From Amphiscolops sp. MND2022 (Eukaryota): DNA of 64,000 bases. Under the pieces are notes generated by a model. The model saw only the letters and a list, made by a program, of their open reading frames with translations. It ran no database searches and had not been told where the DNA came from. A program made the position numbers and the translations under genes. Positions 9,489 to 22,183 of this stretch are shown here, piece by piece; the stretch's first letter is position 1, and each line of letters opens with the position of its first letter. The stretch lies in the NCBI GenBank assembly GCA_964187785.1, contig OZ076416.1, forward strand, positions 12,400,001 to 12,464,000, written 5' to 3'.

Positions 9489-12400
9489 TTGATGTACGTT
9501 AACATTCACGGTGGCCGATAAGCTTCCAGGCTACGGTTCCTTTCGAGAATGGTTGACTTCTTAGTGTGTTCAAAACTTATATTATGCGAAACTAATAACA
9601 TGAAGTCAAACAAGGATTACACTTTTACACTGAGATGAAAATATCTCGGTCATGCACATCAAAAAATACCATTGATTTATAACTCAAAGAAGCATAGTTC
9701 GGTTGGTCGAAAGAATGACAACTAATCAACATTTGTTGTGACGAAAAAATGGTAATTGGATACGGTCAATGAAGTCTCGAATGCGACTTCTCTGTTGTCA
9801 CCGTTGGCTCCAGTATCATTTTTTCAAGATTTTTTTTAACCGCGTTTTCAATGATCCACCTATGATCATCATGATGATTTCACCAAAAAGCGGCATCATA
9901 CTTGCTTTTTATGATAATAGGTTAATTCAACAGTAAGATCGTATAAGTTATTTCGCAGATAACATCTAAATCAGTTTTACCTACGGAGCATGTAAAAATT
10001 ACACTACTTTCGGATGACACCATGACGTGGCGCCTAAGACTCGAAAATCACCTTTTCCCCAACTGGAAAAAGCAAAACAAACCTATCTTGCTCAACCGAA
10101 AACCTCTTAAAAACGAATAAACTGAGAAACATTTACCATTTTTGTTTTTAAAAAATGTCTCCGGTGAGTTGCGTAGTACCGAACCCCTAAGGATGACCTT
10201 TTGGGGTTTTTGAACATCTATTCTGTTGCAAAATATTGAAAAAGATGCAAGGGACTCTTTGGAGACATTAAAAAATTTCCGAAAAATGTCTCACAAAGCC
10301 GAGAAAAATAGGAAAGTCTCATAGCGTCAAAAAAAATAGAAAAGGGGCCTTTCTGCTTTGGAATTTGGAATGGTTTTGTATTTTGTGTTATTGGCTTTGG
10401 ATGCGTTCAAAATGAAGTAAAACGTAAACTTATGGTAAAAGCGCATAATGCACAAAAAGATCGCGTTGAACTGACGAAAAAAAACTTACCACTGTGAGAG
10501 TAAGTTGCGCAAGTTCTTCGAAAACGCCAACTAAAAACGTTTCAGCCAGCAATCAGAAATGAAAGTAACGAGAACATAGTCAAAGGATCTTCTAACGTGA
10601 AACATAACCAGTATGGGGTCCCATACATCGAATCCTTAATCAAAAATGAAAGGTATTACAATTGGGTCAAGGGTATAGGAACTTTCTCCGTACAACTAAC
10701 TAGTATTGCCAATCTGCAATGGAATGGATTACCGTTTTCTTCATGTACATAATGTAAAACATTGAAATTTTTGGAATAAATAGACGAGTATACCTTAGAA
10801 TTATCAGTTTTCGATGCTTTTTTCTCATTTACTTATGTGTTTTTTGGGTATATCGTTTTTGCAAGTAACTATGTATCAAGAACCAAAACCATTTGTAACT
10901 GATTTTATAGACTACTGAAATGTTGGATTTGTGAGCCTACTGCGTGTTATTAGGAGCATTAAACTCTGGAAAGATTCTCAACGGGCCTTCCTAAATGTCT
11001 CTATAAAGTCCTGGATTATACGGACTCCTTAGGTGTCCCGGTCGTTGCAGCGTTCTGTGTAAAATTTACGTAACGATTGAATCCATTTTTCTGAGCTTCC
11101 AATTTTTTTTAACAATCCAACTTAGAATTCATTTATTAAGGTATGATTGTTTGAGAAAAACTCAAAACGAACCACGAATACTTTCAATTTTGGCAATATT
11201 TCGTTAACATTTAACTGTAAAACTATCAGTTCTTTATTAGGTAATTGAATGCATTTTCTGGCCTGAAATCCTTTTGGTTTCAATTTCTCTCAATTTGGTG
11301 TTAATTTAGACAAACCTCTTTATGATAACCTGCCATTAATTCATGTACTAAGGTTGAGAAAATGTATGTCTACAAAACTAGGTGTATTCAGAGTTCACTG
11401 GGAAACAAAGCACCTAGAATTCGAGCCGGTCTCAATTGTTAAAATTGACTTCATGGTGCCATTTAGCTTTCCTTATAATGACTGTTGCCCCCATTCAAAA
11501 TCAAGTTTTACCAATAGGAAGTTTCTCCATTTTGTGACGTAAACGCTCGCCGCTGTGCAAACTAACAGACTTAAACAGGTCCTAGGCAACGAAGGCTTGA
11601 AGTTTCGCTAGACTCAAGAAAAGAATTCACAGCAGGCTAAGGTAATAGACCTCCTTTGGTTTTATTGAAGTTCACTCAAGTATGCACCGAATATCCGAAA
11701 ACTGATAAGGCAGAACTTTCGCACAGTTTCGGTTTGATCCAATAAACCACTGCTGTCTATAAAGCGTACTTTAGGAAAATATTTACAAGAGTTTCGCAAA
11801 TACATATAAAAAGTAAATCGTGTAGAAAAAGTAAATTTCAACATAAACTTTATATTATATTTGCCTTCCGGCAAGTTTTCCATAAACATTGTGTGGGATT
11901 GGAAATGACAAAAGTCGAAACAAGTTTTGATTGGTTCAAAAGTTAACGAAGTTTCGTGACATCACACCGTACAAGTCGTTCAACCAATGGATTTTCGGCA
12001 TGTTCGCAATGGCTTCGAGATTTTGCTATTTCGGCTATGGAAACACGAAGGGTCGGTTATCTTTCTCCAAGAACCTGCAGAACCAATAAATGACGTCAAA
12101 CATGTAAAACTAGTTTGGGAAAGGGACTGACTTTGATTTGAGGTGAGTTTTGATTGGTTGACAAGATAAAAGGTCAGTTGCGCAAACGAATGCTAGACGA
12201 GTCTTTCAATTGTTATATTCAATTATATTTATTCCGTTTAGCAGCCTTCGTAGATTCTGAACCCTTAGTTCTTATCAACTTTACTCCATATTCGTTCAAA
12301 CTGATCACCATGGTAAGTGAAAACCCTTGCTCATTCGAGAAACTTCTTGATTTTCATTTACAGCTTTTCTTTTTCAATAGAACAGATTTCAGTTCATACC

Positions 12401-14299
12401 TCTGAAAGGTTTGTACAGCTAATCAGGATCGAACCCGGTGTCTTCGGCACCTCCTCATTGCATGTCTCGCCTGTTACAAACGGGAATGGTCAAGCCACTC
12501 TGAATAATCATGTACCTCATACAATGTTTCCAAATAAGGAAATGGGTTGCCATCAATTTCATCACCTTGTTGTGAAAAATTATGTTGTTCACATATGATC
12601 ATTTTTTAGTCGACGCTTATGAAGTGGAACGCGACTATTATAGTGACTTTTTTTCAATCCACACGAACTGACCAAAATAGTTCTACAGGGATCTACGAAA
12701 CTTTATGGTGTCAAATTGAACCATTTGGCCTAGGGAACTGAACCAAAAAGGATTTTCCTCTTTTCAACATAACATACAATAACTTTAGAGAACCTTTGGT
12801 GGTACTCCAGTAGAGATGATTCATTTCAAAGAACTTATCTTCGAAAGCGAGTGTGGTATATGTCATTGAAGTTAATTTTTCCCCCTGATGACTATGTTGA
12901 CAGTAAATTACCTTACAAGAATCGCTTGAGAGTTAGTGTCAAAAACTGCATTTTCTTGCAAGACGTTACAAATTTGTTTGTAAAAATTTTTGCAAAGTCT
13001 CAGGTGCTGGCGTCTCAAGCTAGGATATTCTGACTGTTTAACATGTATTGGGTCAAACAGGAACTTTTGTTTTTTATGTTTTTCGTCAGCACTTTCAGAT
13101 GAGACAAAACCGTCCATCTCTTGGCGCAGGTTTGAGCAGTTCTCAGGTTGTGATTTTTCAGGTTTTTTGAAACTTTTGTTACGCTGTCATTTCTTACCAG
13201 TTGGGTGCTTCAAAAAGTCTTGGATTGAATCAGGTTGGTAAAAAGATGAAGTTAAAAGGATGACAATTGTTCGCTGAATATATCGTAGATACACAAATGT
13301 ATATAATGTAGCATCTAATTTAGTATGTATCAAAGATTTGTTAATCAACAACAAGTAGGCTAGACAGTTGTATCAACCGAACCTCGATAGGGGTCAAGTA
13401 CCGGAATGAACCGAATATGACAGTTCCCCCTCTCTCTTCTCTTCCTTCTCAGTTTCGGTTTGAGGGTTCGGGTGGTGGTGGGTCACCGGTAATGAAATCT
13501 GAGGGCTTCTTTATCTCCTCCGATTGCAGCGTTCCTTTCACTCTAGTCCACGGGTTTCCTGTAATAAAAATAATATATTTTTAACCCTGTGTTTCTGACC
13601 CCAAAAATTTCCAGTATATGGTAATATGGTATACTGCCGTATCTATTCGGTTTTTTGCTTTTACGGTTTCATCGTCTTATGTTTGTTTTCAAACTCTCAC
13701 CAGGTAAATCACCGTCTGTATGAATTTGTATTGCATCTTCTTCCGGATTTGTCCGTATCGGTGCGTATCTTCCGTCGCGTTCCGAAGTATCATAGATCTT
13801 CAATGTCCCGTTTTTTCCGGTAATTCTTCGTCGTCTTCGTCATCATCGTCTTTTTCGGTGTCGGTATCTGTTGCTTTCCGGTTCTGGACGATCTTCAGTT
13901 ATCCGTTTATTATGTCTCGGAGTATCTTCTCCCAGCATCCGTACTTGTGGTCTAGGCCCCGTAAACAATGTCTGTTTTTCGGGTTTATTTCACCGCTTGT
14001 ATTGATCGCCGGCTCTCTTCACGTTCTTCGTTCGGACTGAATAAACGGACCCGATACAAATTTTCTGTTTTTTTATTTTTCAAGTAATTTTTGGTCCCGC
14101 TAATTGCGCTTTGTATTTTGTTTCGAAAATATTTTTGAAAAATTTTTTCTGTAATTCTTTTGAACAAAATAAAAGTAATATCAATCCAATTTTTTTCGGT
14201 GAATTTTGGCTCTCTTTCTGGTGTTTCTCCCTGGTCTTGGTCTTTGCCATTATTATTTGGTTTGTTATCTCTACTTCCGCATCACGGCCCACATAAATT

Positions 14300-17200
14300 G
14301 GTAGTTTTGGTCTGCTCGGTACTGTCATTTCCGACCAATTAGACAGGAATGCTTTTTCCGTTTCTAACGATAATCGTTATTTTGGTTCTCGGTATTCTTC
14401 CGTAGTGTAATTCGAACGGTGTCAATTTTAATCCCGTATGTATTGTAAATAGCATTACTCGTAATGCTCGGATCACACTTTCGGTTAAATTTAGTTCATC
14501 TTCTAGGTTCGCTATCAATGAGTTTTTTAGTGTTTGTATCGATCTTCCTACTACTCCGTTTCCGGTATGCATTCGGTGTGTGCAGTATTCTACTTCGGTA
14601 TTTCGGTATCAGCAAAAATGTTGATTTTCCTTCGAAATAAATGCTCCCCCTTTGTCGGATTGTTTTGGGTTTTCAGTACAAATTGAAGTTACTTGTCATA
14701 AGTTTTTATCACCCCTTTTGCTTCCGAGGTATTGCAAATTTTCTCGGTAGGCCCTTTACTGAATCTATCTACCGCTATTAGTATTCGTACTTCATCGTGT
14801 AACGCTTTGTTGTGTAGTTTTCCGGTAAAATCGTTTTAAATTTCTTGACCGGATTCGGAGAGTCTTTCTAGTTTTTCGTAATAAATTTTTTTCGGTAATT
14901 GGTATTTGAAAATTTTACCTGAAGCTAAGCAAGCAGTGCAGTCTTTGACCTTGTTCTCGGTGTCCTGATTCATGCACGGCCACCAGAATTGTTTAGCTTC
15001 GGACGTCATTTTGAGAATGCCGGAGTGTCGTCTTCTAAGATCTATCGGGATGACGCTATGGTCGTCGACAAATTTGAGGCCCCGTCTGATTGAGAGTTTG
15101 TCGAAGACTGCTCAGTAGCCGTCCGGGATCGTGCCTCTGTACTCTCGGCGCATGCGTTATCTGACCTGGGTTAATTCTGGGTCGGTTGCTGTTTTGGAAA
15201 TCAGAGTATTCAAATCCATAATAAACTCGAATTCCGCTTTCTTATTGTGGTCTTCGGTAGCTTTTTTTCTTTGTGGTAAGTTTTCCGACGACGTGGTTTA
15301 TCCGTATATACTTTGCTTTTTTACTGTCGGTGTTGTATTATGTTACGTCTACCATCTGTAAATTGTCGCCCCGGATGATTACACGGTCTTCTTCGATCTC
15401 GGCTGCATGCTCAATCGCCTCTCCTTCTTCCCGTATTTATTCCGGTTCTTCTTGATCTTCTTCGCTTTATACCGGTTGATAACCGCCTCCACTTTTGTTT
15501 GCTTTCCGGATCAGTTCCGCATCAATCTCGGCAATCTCTGCGCTACTGCGCTTGTTGGGTCGGTATGGTGCAAATATTGTTCTTTGCGTTTGGTGGTCGT
15601 ACCGGCGTCTCAATGTTCCCGGCCGGGATAGCGCGTTTCGTTGTTCCACCAGTCTTATTGTTTTGGGGCTGTTGTTTCGCCTTCTAATAATGTCCGTGAT
15701 TTCTCTGGTGGCCCACCAATGGTAGACGTTTTCGCTCTCCATTTTCTCATTTTCTTTATCTTTGAGCGGTTCACTGCTTTTTGAAAAGCTAATATCGGAC
15801 AACACGGATGTTGTTATTTTATTTTGTTGGTTTTCGTTCACGTGGTTTTTGTTCTCGGATGTTCCATTCGTTTGTGATTGGTTCGTTTCGTTCTCAATGT
15901 CGTTCTCGGAATCGTTCTTCTTGCTTTCAGTTCTGGTTTTGTTGCGTTTTGATTGGTCCGCGAATAGTTGCCCATATCTCAACTATAAATCTGCTTGTTC
16001 GGCGAGGATGACAACTACGTCATTCACGTATTCTTCATCGTAATTTTCTAATTTTCTCCTGGTGTGGATACCCCTACCGGATTGTCGGTGAATTTCAAAG
16101 TGCTGCCTGCGATATGCTGTATTGCTATATCGAAGTGAGTTAGGCGATCCAACCAGCCATCTCGTTAATCTCGTGCTATACTGTTAATTGTTTCGGTTTC
16201 TCTTCATTTATGGATCTGATGCTTGGTGGTCGCTAATAGGGATTAAAATTCTTTCCGTATAAGTTAAGTAGGAATTTTGCAAATCGCCATACCACCGCCA
16301 GAAATTCTAATTCACTGATTGAGTATTTCATTTCAGTTGCATTCAAATATCGGCTTCCGTATGGTATCGGTTTTGTATTTCCGCCATCTTGATTTTGCCA
16401 TAGTGTGATCCCCAGTCCGGTTGTACTGGCATCAGTTGTCACTACATTACAAGACACAACTTTCAAAGTGCGCGTAAATTTACGTGTCTAAAATGCATAA
16501 GTATTCCTTATAAGCCAATTTGCATTGAAGTATAAGTATTACTGATACTTTTTCCACTTGTTAATGCATGGGAAATGTATCAAGTTTCCTTATATCTACT
16601 TGTTTTCAGGATTCCTTATAAACTGTATACTAAGGACTCAAAAACTTTTCCCCATTCTATAAGTTTTACTAAAAATCAAAATAAGTATTCTTGATACTTT
16701 GTATTAATAATCCTAATGCGCTTGAAATTTTATTAAAAATAGGATTCCTTATACGATTTGCGAGTATTCTTAGAATTCCTGATTTCAAATATAGTATATT
16801 TTATTAGGATTACTAAAGAATAGTATAAGAAATCCTATTTGTGTATAATGAATCCTTTTTGTGTATAAGAAATACTGTTTGTCTAGTTGTTCTCCGCGGA
16901 AATAGTATAACTTATACTTCACACTAGTATAAGAAATCCTTATAATGGGGATATTTATTAGAAATCCTAATAAGTCGCATTAGGTTTTTTGATAGCGTGT
17001 ATATAAAATCCTCCGTTTTCACCAAATATTAAAAATCCCAAAATTTTCGAAAAAGGTAAAACATACAAATAGGTAATAATAATACAAAAAATAATACATT
17101 AGGGGCCAGTGAAAATTCCCTTGTGGAGCATTTAAGGATATTTAATAAACTTTTGAGGCTCGTGAAAGTTGTGTCTTGTAATGTATGTTTTCTTTATCTT

Positions 17201-18500
17201 TGGCGTAGTGTGCTAGACATGGGCCTTCGGTCAACATCTGTTTTTTTTCCGAAATCTTCTTCTTGTTCAGTTCCCCACTTCCATGTTTCGTTTTTCCTCA
17301 GTAGTTTTTGGAGTCGATCCGTCCTTTCCGAAAGTTTCGATGAGAATTTTCCATGTATTGGATTGCTCCGAGAAATGATTTTAGTTTTTTTGTGTTTTTC
17401 GGTGAGTTCAGTTTTTAATAGGCTTCTACTTTTCTTCCTTCGGTTTTATTTCGTTTTCATCATTTTCGTGGCCCAATTACTTTGTTCGAATCATAAAGAA
17501 ATAGGATTTTTGTTACTCGCTCGGTCTCCGGCATTTTCCAGTTTATGAGGAATGTCAAATAATTTTTTCTCGTGTTCTTGTTTATTTCCCCGGATCACTA
17601 AAATTAAATCGTCTAGCCAAGCTGGTGTACTGTATCGGTCAATTTTTTTCTTGAAATATTGTTGGTATGTCGGCAAGACCGTAAAACCTTTTTTCAAATC
17701 GCTAATATCCGCTAAATTTTCCCCCGTTTATCGCAAAAATACATTGTCGGCTTGTCTCTCTTTTTTTCATCTGTCCGTATGCGTAGTCTAGATTTGTTTT
17801 TGATATGAATAATTGTGTTGTTCGGTCGCGGGTGATTTCTACCGCAATTTAATTTAATAGCTCCTCTTTGTTTGGCATGTGTGGTCTGATTTTGATGCAG
17901 CTGTCGTTTAGTTTCCATGAGTCCAATTCGATATTTACCAATTTATCATATTTTACGGTTATTACCACCGGTGAGACCAAGCAAATGTCATCCACATCGT
18001 GGATTTTTTCCAGATGTCCGGTTTTGATCAGATTTTCTTGTTCTTTTCATACATCCTCTTGTAGGTGCAGTTGTAGCGGTCTGCCTTTTTGTTTAACCGG
18101 GTAGTGTCCCAATTTTAGTTGGATGTTTATTCCGCTGTCTTTTATCGTTTTCTTAATTTCAAACAGATCTGGAAACCTATTAAAGACTTTCTCGCGCTCT
18201 GATTCGTTGTTCTCGGCCAGTTGTATTCTACCGATTGTTCGCTTGATCCAATCCATCCCGAGTAGTGGTGTTATTATGGTTCTTTCGGCTATCAAGATCT
18301 CCAATTACTGTTTGTTGTTTTCGTATTCAACATCTACTGGAATTTTTCCTCGGAACTTTACTTCGTACTTATTCGTGTCTTGATATCTGTTTGTGATTTT
18401 CTGTATTCCGGTTAAATCTAGTATAATTTCGTCTGGGGGCCTTATCGTTATTGGTGATCCGGTGTCGATTATGAAATCTTTCTTCCGTTTATTTTCACTG
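14300..18500 (-). pseudogene. pol relic (protease, RT, RNase H, integrase) of the decayed Gypsy
   Basis: FIIDTGSPIT near 18450; AWLDDLILV near 17620; PCLAHYAKDKENI|VTTDASTTGLG (RNase H); SIQTLKN...TPFELHYGR (integrase). Many stops and frameshifts. Confidence 0.85.
16445..17183. mobile_element. 739-bp TA-flanked MITE inserted into the RT/RNase H junction
   Basis: Perfect 21-bp TIR CATTACAAGACACAACTTTCA and TA TSD (16443-4, 17184-5). Removing it restores ...KENI-VTTDAS... Confidence 0.9.
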
Positions 18501-18539
18501 TTGCCGTATAGTTCTTGTTCTTTTAATCGATTTCCTTCA

Positions 18540-19480
18540 TCTCTTTAAGGTGGTGTATAAATTTTCTGATTCACTTGTTGTTTCATCTCGGTCGTCAATT
18601 TCTTCTTCGACTAGTCGTTTCACTGTTCGGTTGTTGGTATATTTTCGTCTACATACCATTTGCATAATGTCCTTTTCTTCCGCATTTGTTTCAATTTGTT
18701 TCTTTGCTGGACATTTATGCAATGGTGTCCAGTTCGGTGCTCCACAAAATCTGCATGGTTTATTTCCTGTCGGTCTGAGGTTTGGTCTCCCACCGATTTT
18801 TTCCATTCTTTGTATCGGTTCTTCTTTTATTGTGTGTCTTTCTTTTGCCGAAATTAGTGCCTCCGGCATTGTTTTTTTCTTGTTCTTCTTTTCATTGGTG
18901 TTTTGTTTGATTAGGTTTGTTTATTTTTTAAATTCTAGTGTCTTTTCTTTCACCATTTTGTCCCGTAATTTTTTATCGGTGATTGCTGTACTATATTTTG
19001 ATATCAGTAGTTCTTCGGCTGAGATTGCCCAGAAGTTGCACTCTTTTTCGATTTCGATCAGTGTCATCCAGAACTCTTCGGGTGTCTCCTCTTCCGTTTG
19101 TTTTGCCCAGAAAAAATCTCCACGGGTGTGGTAAGTATTACATTTCGGAAAGTAATAATCGGTGAATAATCGGATTAAACCTATAATTTTGATACTGTCC
19201 GATTCCGTTGTATACTTATCAGTGGTGTTTTGATACAATGCTTCAGGTCCCACTCCACAAACGAATTTTTCTTGGATAGTTTGTTCTTTTCCGGTCCACT
19301 CGGTTGCTGTGATGTCTTCTCCTTTGAGTAGTGGTTCAGTGTCTATATTATGTTCTCGTTTGGTAAACTGTCGGAATCGTTCTAACCACTGTCTTGGTGT
19401 GAATATTGCATTTCTGTCCGAAGCCCTTGCTTCTAGGTTCGGGACTGTATTTTTTTTGTCATAGCTTTGTTTTATTGGCT
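18540..19480 (-). pseudogene. gag relic of the decayed Gypsy
   Basis: Fragments TPRQWLERFRQF..., EEFW..LIEIEKECNF and zinc knuckle CRFCGAPNWTPLHKC (track ORFs 18921..19253 and 18537..18869). Confidence 0.8.
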
Positions 19481-19905
19481 GACTGCGCTGCGTCTTGTTC
19501 TATTCTCCTTAACTAGGGTAAAAAGATGAAGTTAAGAGAATCTCTCTAGTCCGCTGAATATGTCGTAGATACACAAATATAATTATGTAGCATCTAATTT
19601 AGTTTGTATCAATGTTTACTATATCAACAACAAGTAGGCTAGACAGTTTTATCAGCTGAAACTCGATAGGGGTCAAGTACCGGAGTGAACCGAATATGAC
19701 ATTAGCGATGAGTTTATTTTGCAATTGGTGTCGATTCAATTTTTATGCTTGTTCGGAAAATAACTGTTACGCCTAAAGATTAATCGAGTTGTTGAATTTC
19801 GTCGCTCATTCTAATTTTTTCGGCTGAATAGAATTGTGACCGGCCTATCTGTTCGGTTTCTGAGTTGAAATTATCTATTTGCTACCTCTTTCTAGTTTTA
19901 CAAAG

Positions 19906-20388
19906 AAACCAGTCGGGAACGGCATAAGTCGGCGCCATATCCAAGGCTCAAAAGTAGCACAAGGAAATGAATGTCTCAAAAAACTAAAGTATCAAACTCA
20001 CAAAAAGAGTATTAGACTCACAAAAAACCCAAACGACCGAACTGACGCGCGATGTGCCCGCTAGTGCGGACTCCTGGCGCGCTGAAAAGGGGACCCTTTG
20101 CAAAACATCAAAAAAGTGAAGGGGGTCCCTTTGGGTAATTTTTTTTTGGAAAAAAGTCTCAAAATGCCAAAAAAACTGAAAGGGGGACCCTTCAGTCTCT
20201 CCAGGTACGGTATATGTTACGCAGAAAACAGAAAAAACCTTTTTGGTTCAGTTCTCTTGGCCAAATGATTCAATTTGGGATCATAAAATTTTGTAGAACT
20301 TTTAAGAACTATTTTGGTCAGTTCGTGAAACTGAAAAAAAGGGTCACTATAATAGTCGCGTCTCACTTCATGAAGCGCCGACTAAAAA
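19906..20388 (-). mobile_element. HINE-like family 1 copy
   Basis: AAACCAGTCGGGAACGGCATAAGTCGGCGCC at the left end and GAAGCGCCGACTAAAAA at the right end. Confidence 0.7.
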
Positions 20389-20905
20389 CATCATCATAAA
20401 GACACTCCTGTATGGCTGACATGAAAGTCAATGCATGAAGTTTGCCGCCAAGATTGAAACTCAAGGGCTCAAACGTCCAAACGTCCAAACGTCCCCTAAA
20501 CTGCTGGTTTTGAATATTTCTGAAAATACGAAACGCTGTCTAATTAAACCTTGCTTAGTTAGATTATTAAACTTGAAAATACACGTCGATTTCATGCTCT
20601 AATTGGCTCAAAAATTTGACGAGAGTTGAAGAAAAAGTTTACGAAGAACACAAAGAGAACGAGCGATTTTTCAACAAATTTGTTCATGAGTGAGACTTTT
20701 CATTTCTCTGAAACATGTTGCTCCAGTTTTTGGTCGAGAAGTCATACTTCGAAAAGGATGTTCTAATTTGAAGTCATTTCTAGAATAATCATTTTAGACA
20801 GTCAATTAATTATTTGGCTGTTTTCAGGTTGGTGTAGTTCTGAAATCCGCAATGAATATTAGGTAATTTAGGTCTCGTCTCCATTCTTAAGCTAATGAAT
20901 ATTCG

Positions 20906-22183
20906 CCCTGGTTAGAACTGCTTGAACTGTTAATAAGTTTGTATAGGTTACTAGACTAATTTACCATGATTTTATAAAATTGTCAAGGAAACGTCCATGC
21001 ATTAAAACTTCACTGATCAAGCTGCCTATATATCGAACTACAGTAGCGTTCTAAAATATCGCAACTCCAATGCTTAAAATTGCAAATTTCAAATCCAAAT
21101 TTCTTGAAAACTGTCACAAATACGAAAAAGTGTCAGCTGGGAAAGTTTCTTAGAGGTTTATCTAGTTTACAAAAATGTTTGTTTGAAATTTCTGCGACAA
21201 AAATTTACAAAAGTTAGAAATTGGAAATTTTGACAAAATTTAATCAAATTTGTACTTTTTCTGGATTTTCACAAAGTTGAAAATATAGTTTTGAAAAATT
21301 TTCAGTCAATCATTTGCCCCCAAATTTCCTAAGGATGCTGATATAATTTGATCGGAAAACTTTTTCGATTTCAAATAAAAATCATCAATTTTCTAAATAC
21401 ATTTCTTATAGATTATCTTAATACATGTACTTCAGTGCTCATAGGCACAAAATATAGTGTATTTTTTCTGATTCGAAAAAAATTCTCGATCAAAACAATT
21501 CAGTAGGTTCGGGAGATTATAGGAAGTTTCCCAATGAAAAAAAATCCAAAAAAAATGTTCTAAGTTACTCAATTTTCGAAAAAACTCAAATTTCAATTAA
21601 AATTTACTAAAATTTGCAATTTCTAACTTTTTTGGTAACGGTCGTTGAAATTTCAAACAAACATTTTTGTAAACTAGATAAAATTCTAAGAAACTTTCCT
21701 AGCTGGCAAAATTTTGTATTCGTGATAGTTTGTGAGATATTTGGTTTTGAATTTTGCCATTTTATGCTATGAGGTTGCGATATTTTAGAACGCTACTGTA
21801 CATATATGATGCATCCTAAATCTGGCGGCAATTCTTCGCCGCAAAACTTTGCAGGTTTCATTAGGACGCAGTTCTAATTTTTAAATAAACTTCAGATAAA
21901 CTTCAGTCACATTATGAGTTTCAAAGTCACGTCGTATTCAGCGTGCTAAATGACTAACGGTGATTACATAAGTTACTTATTTGAAAAACTTCCTCGTGAA
22001 AACAAAGTGACCACGGCGGTGAAGAAGTGGAATTGTTTTCAATTTTAATTCAAATAGTGGAGGCTGCATTGTAATCCTACAAAATGTTTTCATGCAGGCT
22101 CCCGGTATTCTCCATGTTTTGTACAAAATTAGTCTGCATGTTTCCATGCAGCATGTAAAAAGTTCAAACGACCTCGACTAGGG
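20906..22183. mobile_element. CMC/EnSpm-like ~550-bp MITE family copy, interrupted by a nested element
   Basis: CCCTGGTTAGAACTGC...CGACTAGGG with 2-bp TSD CG. Homologous to 28204-28742. Confidence 0.8.
21041..21798. mobile_element. Tc1/mariner-type foldback MITE nested in the preceding element
   Basis: Perfect 25-bp TIR CAGTAGCGTTCTAAAATATCGCAAC, TA TSD, imperfect inverted arms extending roughly 230 bp. Confidence 0.85.

Larger units (their letters stand above)
13236..19701 (-). mobile_element. Decayed Ty3/Gypsy LTR retrotransposon
   Basis: LTR-like direct repeats ~13236-13422 and ~19516-19701 start TGTCATATTCGG on the - strand. PPT at 13423-13450. Frameshifted gag, protease, RT, RNase H and integrase lie between them. 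Confidence 0.9.

Noticed and set aside
11662-11889. RFIDS motif suggesting a Polinton-type DNA polymerase B relic
   Set aside because: A single short motif with no other PolB motifs recognisable nearby. A tBLASTn/HMM search of 10600-13200 would decide.
17123-19165. Plus-strand ORFs such as 18550..19134 and 17123..17548
   Set aside because: Antisense shadows of the decayed gag-pol.
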